Origin: Raillietiella orientalis
Lineage: Eukaryota
Assembly (NCBI GenBank): GCA_036172245.1
Contig: JAYWIR010000037.1
Location: 1,798,001 to 1,862,000, forward strand
DNA length: 64,000 bases
Reading direction: 5' to 3'
Under the pieces are notes generated by a model. That model was not told the origin of the DNA and did not search any database. It saw only the letters and a program-made list of their open reading frames with translations. The position numbers and the translations under genes were made by a program. Each line of letters begins with the position of its first letter. The first letter of the stretch is position 1. This document shows, in pieces, positions 61,500-64,000 of the stretch.

Positions 61500-64000
61500 T
61501 AAGGCGATAAGAATTATGAATGACGTAATTGTTTCTTTCTTTCGAGATGGTTGCATGCTTGCATCTGTTTCCGTTTTTGGATCCATTATTCTATAAGGCA
61601 AGCTTTTAGGACTGTTCCTGTTGGCTCTCGATTGCGAAATTTTCCGTTCTGTTCAAGCACTTCAAGAACATCGGCCTTCGTTAGAAAACTCTCAATCCAA
61701 AACCGGTTGAGGCACTAAAATATGCTAGATTGATCAAGATCTACCGTGAATGTTACGAAAAAAATTAATAAATACCTTTAGAAGCACTGCTTATGCTATC
61801 ACTAGGCTGAAAAAGTTTCCATTAGGGATTTCTTGCGGGTAAAACTACCAGAGCTAACAGGAATCTGCAGAAATACAAAGTTGCACGGGAGTGGCTGAAG
61901 TTTTCGTAATGGAAATTTATGAGAACAGAGTAAATGGAATTTTAATTCAATATCGTGAAGAACCACAGAAGGCAGAGATCAGCACCGACATCTAGAGAAG
62001 ATATATCACCTTTAGTTCGAGTCAAATGATGACCATGACCAGACTCTCCTATCATCAGTTACCGAAACATCAGCAAATTGTCATACGGGAAGGAAGCACT
62101 TTTCGTAGAGCAAACCCGCAGAACGGGGCCTGCCCTGCGAAAAGGCCAGCAGATGCACTCCAGAGGGCAGCCGAAGACTTTGGTTTGATTGGCATTAAAT
62201 AAAAGTGCTGGAAGTGAAGGATCATTACATTTCTAAAAGATTTCTGATTTCCCACCGCGGAAGCTTGATTCCGTTCCTTATTTCTTGGATAGAAGCACAG
62301 CATGACCATGAGGAGAACGGGAGTTACACTCACGTGCAAACAGGGTTGTACGTAGATGCAGAAGAATGCCATCAGAAGGGGAGAATCACATGCATCGACT
62401 CGCCAACTCTGAATCACACACAATGCACTTTGAAGACGCTGCTTCGTGTTGATGTGTTACGTACGCATCGATGCGTCCCATAACGTTGGTGCTTCTTCAA
62501 CATCAAGATACACAGTGTAGATGAATGAAGCATCTGGATTCAGGACAAGAATCAATTGGGAAGCTGTTGATGGAAAACTTGTCTGTTGACCATAGGATGA
62601 ATCAGCAGCTGAGGGTGGAAATTTCGAGGACCAAATCTAATGGAATGGTGGTGATTGCATGGGAAATTAGTTGGGTATTCCGAAAGGTTGTCAAGAAGGA
62701 GAGCGATTAGCAACTTCGCATCCAAAGAAGCGGAAACAGCCTGAGAAATCATCTGTTTAGAGCACCCGATGCCAAGAATGTTAATTTTCCTTACATGTGA
62801 ACTCTATTTTCAGGGGGTAAAAGGAAGCCATTTTCTAGAAAGCTAAAAGTTTATCTGTGGGTCCATTTGTGAAGATATCCCTCTGGTCCTCATTTGACAA
62901 CATACAAGGAAGAAAAAGGCTTCATCTTTTCTCTAAAAAGGAAAAACAGCGGAGCAAAGCGAGTTTTTAGATGATGAGGAAGGTCTTTGTCTTTGCTGCT
63001 GCCTTATACGCAATCCCACTTCTTACTGGCCACGAAACTCTCCTTGTAATTTGAGAGCTCTGGATATGATCCTCACATCAAGCTCTACACGAGCAGGAAC
63101 GAAGAAAAAACAAAGCTGCAAAGAAAAGCTAGGCAGACATGTCACAACAAATTTTCTTCTAAAGAACGAACAAGCAGTAATCAAGGCGCGAAGAAATCTC
63201 AGAATTCAGCTCATTTTGATTCCAAAATGTTCCCAGGAGAACATCAATCAAATACAAGTAAATGTGGAACTCTCCTCGTGGCTTGCGGATCGGTCTGTAC
63301 GGAGTTGTAAGCTCATAGCCTCAGCGAAATCCCCACCAACTTCACTTTCCTGGGAGTCACCACGCAGCAGTTCACACAGAACTGTGGCGAAGGCATTTGC
63401 GGAATCGAAGAAGGCTATCTAGATGTCCTGAGGGCACTTCCTGACGTTATCTAACCTCATTTACATAAAACATTTCTGCTCCAGGGCTCCATCAAATTGA
63501 AGAAATGCATTTTGCTGTGGACAGATGATTATCCCATTGATCTACTCTCGAAGCCTCCCAGAGGAACACTTGTACATAGATGATATACACAGATACCTAC
63601 GGAAACTGGCCTCCATCCAGTCATTCACTCGATGCAGAAGATTATTTTGGAGAGAGAATAGTTCTGGAACTTTTGCCGTTCCGGAATATCCCTTGTCTGA
63701 AAGTAGGCACTCAAAACAGAGGAAAAGAATCTCCTCCGAATCCAATCTTTCGTATGGGACTCCATCAACTCCAAGGTAAAAGTTCTCTGCGAGGAAAGCT
63801 GCGACGATCTCGTTCTCCTTAAAGAATTTGAGATCGATAGGGGAGACGAGATCACTTCCTCAAGCAGCTGAGTATCGATATGTGATGTGGATCCGGATGC
63901 CCACTCACATCCTCTCTTCCATTTCCGGTACGAAAGTGTGTGCTCTTTAACTTGAGCTGTGTCAACACTTCACTCTTTGAAGAGCAAATGCTGGGATTTC
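61500..64000 (+). mobile_element. Decayed L1 ORF2 (endonuclease to RT), may run off the window
   Basis: GSYTHVQTG...GRI (ORF 62205..62483; cf. endonuclease FT...SRID) and HLYIDDIHRYL (ORF 63525..63779; cf. LYADD). Confidence 0.5.

Overview
Eukaryotic, repeat-dominated 64 kb window. I found no recognisable host gene, rRNA, CRISPR array or prokaryotic feature. Most of it consists of L1/Tx1-clade non-LTR retrotransposons of different ages on both strands. Plant-type L1 ORF1 motifs suggest a green plant or alga, but that is inference. The best-preserved element is a GC-rich, near full-length Tx1/L1-like LINE at 22187-27840 (+), with a zinc-knuckle ORF1 and an APE endonuclease-RT-zinc finger ORF2 broken mainly by frameshifts. 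It sits head-to-tail behind a 5'-truncated relative (21274-22140). All junctions of this pair carry the same 13-14 bp word (ACAGCAGAGTGAAT) and neither copy has a poly(A) tail, which suggests repeated sequence-specific or self-targeted insertion. A third, decayed relative lies at about 40.6-41.8 kb (-). Other notable signals are several perfect or near-perfect short-loop hairpins (13-27 bp arms) in otherwise decayed DNA, a tRNA-like head directly upstream of an ORF1-like fragment, a hAT-type non-autonomous element with an 8 bp TSD, and small MITE-like elements. Boundaries of the old fossils are approximate and were called by eye from degenerate motifs.
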